64,000 nucleotides of DNA from the human T2T-CHM13v2.0 reference genome, Homo sapiens: the NCBI RefSeq assembly GCF_009914755.1, contig NC_060925.1. One strand, given 5' to 3'. Shown here one piece after another: positions 61,594-64,000 of the stretch. The notes under the pieces are model-generated. The model was not told where the DNA came from. It made no database searches and was given only the letters and a program-made list of their open reading frames with translations. The translations under genes and the position numbers were made by a program. Each line of letters opens with the position of its first letter. The first letter of the stretch is position 1.

Positions 61594-62292
61594 GTGAGTG
61601 AGCTGAGGTTTTGGGTCCAAGAGCAATATTTTCCATTGGGATAAGAAAGAGAAAGGCTTAAAGTATTTCATGAATAATACAGAGAGATTATAGATCCTGA
61701 AGAGCATATACTGATAATGAGAGGTCTTGGCTTCAGTTCCTAGTAACATTAAGTAGGTTCATTTGGACTGCAGTGAAGAAGTGCCAGTGATATGAAAGGG
61801 GAATTAATTTGCAGTGTTGGGACTATGATTTACCTCACTTCTGTTTGATTAAATATTTCTGAAAATAATACTTAATGGCATAAAGACAAAGGAAGAGACA
61901 CTAAAGAATAAAAAGAAAAGTTTTTAGTTACACTAGGTATTAGACTTTGAAGGTCTTCCCTCTTCCCACCCATCTCTACCTATGACCTTGAAGAGTAGCG
62001 CATCTTAAACTCTTCATAGTGTAAAATGGGTTTCTGGCTTCATGCCTTTCTTCCATGAGTCCACCACATGTATGCATGTTCCAATGCCACTTAGAACTTT
62101 ATTTTGAATTGGCTTAAATTGGCAGCATAAAAACCACATTTACTTGTTTTCACAAAACCCTGTCAACATCTAAAAATGGTGACATTGATTTTGGTTATTA
62201 TGTTTTATGAACCTCTCTATAGCACTCCAGGTATATAACCCTGGCTCCTAAAATTCATGTGTTAATGAAGGAATGTGTATTTGTCCCCACAG

Positions 62293-62431
62293 GTTAAAGA
62301 CAGTTGATGTTATAGTACGTAGCATACAGGATGCTGAACTCTTGGTCAAAGGTTATGAGATTAAGCTGAGTCAAGAAGAAGTAGTACTGGCAGATCTCTC
62401 AGCTCTGGAGGCCCATTGGTCGACATTACGG
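62293..62431 (+). CDS. MACF1: MACF1 exon (LKTVDVIV...HWSTLR)
   Basis: ccacag / gtgagt, 139 nt. Confidence 0.95.
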
Positions 62432-63115
62432 GTGAGTTGCTCTGAGTTTCTTAGGAGGTTGACCTAACATATTCATTGCTTTGGGTTAGCAGAGAAATGC
62501 AATTTTGGATGGCATGACACTGATTTAAATTTGCATTTGAATAAGGCAGAATGTCATTAAATATATTTTAATATGTATTCAAAGAAGAAGGGACTGAGAA
62601 GTATGTCTAGCTAGAAAGGGAAGAGAAAGGACTAGGTTTTTCTATTTATTTTTTCCCTTTTCACCTTAATAAAATCATGGATTAATTGGATACAGTCAGT
62701 GGTTGTGCCATAAGTTTATAAATCACTTAGCTGTTATCTAATTTGATTCTCACAAGCCACTCTGTGAGGTGGACAAGAAGAGATTTTTCTCTCCATTTAC
62801 AGATGAGAAAACCAACACTTACTCTGGCTAAATGACTTATTTTGGTTTCATATGTTATAAGTGGTGAAGCCAGGTTTCAAACACAAGTTCTATGCACATT
62901 TCTCTATAGAGTACTGCCTGTCCTTGGCATCCCAGTGTGTATCAGGAAAGCAGAGACCATGACATGTGGAGGCAGTCCTGGCACAAACATTCCAGGGCAC
63001 AATCACATATACAATGTGGAAATAGCTGTAGACCGTGTCCTTGTTTCCCACCTTAGACTGACTCCTTTTTAGCATGGAAAGTATACAACCTGTTTCTGTA
63101 CTTATGTTTCCACAG

Positions 63116-63309
63116 CACTGGCTTAGTGATGTGAAGGACAAGAATTCAGTGTTTTCAGTCCTGGATGAGGAAATTGCCAAGGCCAAGGTAGTGGCAGAGC
63201 AGATGAGTCGTCTGACACCAGAGCGAAATCTGGATTTGGAGCGCTATCAGGAAAAAGGCTCCCAGCTGCAGGAGCGTTGGCACCGAGTCATTGCCCAGCT
63301 CGAGATTCG
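63116..63309 (+). CDS. MACF1: MACF1 exon (HWLSDVKDK...QLEIR)
   Basis: ccacag / gtgagt, 194 nt. Confidence 0.95.
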
Positions 63310-64000
63310 GTGAGTGGTGGCCCCACCTTTTTCTCCTATTAGAGTTCAGGGACTAGGTCTTAAACAAAAACAGAGTTATATCTGTACATTTATATTTAAA
63401 GGTGGAAATGGATAGGGAGGGGTGGAAATTTAAAAACCACATAAATTCTGGACAAGTAAGTGACAGAAAGGTGAGACCGGCAATCTCAAAGCAGATGTAA
63501 TGCCTCTCCTGTGTCCCAGGTCTTTTCTAGTTAAGCCACTGATGACAATGGCTTCCTGGAATGTAGACTTGAAAGGTCCCTGGTGATCTTTTCTCAAGGA
63601 CAAAACCTATACTCTAGTTCTTGTTTTATTAGCTTTGTATCCAAATATGAGCCATTTTTTATGATGGAGCTTTACAGAATTTCTTGCTTTCATCTCATTT
63701 GCTAATTCAGTAATTTTTCATCTCTGTTACTAGAGGTCCTGCTTCTAATGACAGATGTAAATAGGAAGGACAGAAACTGCACCTTTTGGAGGCTAAGCTG
63801 GTTAGGGAAATTTGTAGGGAGAGGAGCTTAACAACTCATAAGTTTTCATTCTAATTGAAGTCTTATCACAAAGCTGGTTAGACTAGAGAAGTGATATGAC
63901 TTATTGGAAGTAGCAGGAAATAATGACTATTTTTCACTTCTCTCCCCTCTCTCCTTGAGAAATTATAGTGATTCATAAATCATAGCTGTGCTGTACTGAC

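Overview
Eukaryotic, almost certainly human, DNA; a human-lineage AluYb8/Yb9 element is present. The window is an internal 64-kb segment of the spectraplakin gene MACF1 (ACF7) on the + strand. I reconstructed 25 GT-AG coding exons (194..63309; 3425 nt; continuous frame; phases match at every junction). They encode the end of CH1, all of CH2, and the plakin-domain spectrin repeats with the embedded SH3. The 24-kb intron between the CH1 and CH2 exons holds a ~1-kb alternative first coding exon (ATG 14598, donor 15621) that replaces CH1 with a unique 341-aa N-terminus. This N-terminus carries a Gly2/Cys7 lipidation signal, a polybasic patch with an RVxF (PP1-docking) motif next to a CDK consensus site, and a uORF-rich putative leader. 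The introns contain an antisense HSPE1 processed pseudogene interrupted by an L1 and an Alu, about 45 Alu copies or fragments (mostly antisense), L1, L2, MIR, MaLR and Tigger-family relics, a GGAA microsatellite, a duplication-plus-hairpin, and an unexplained CpG-retaining island with a candidate 18-nt microexon. There are no prokaryotic systems, CRISPR arrays, rRNA or tRNA genes. Exon boundaries were read base by base; repeat boundaries are approximate and subfamily calls come from recalled consensus sequences.
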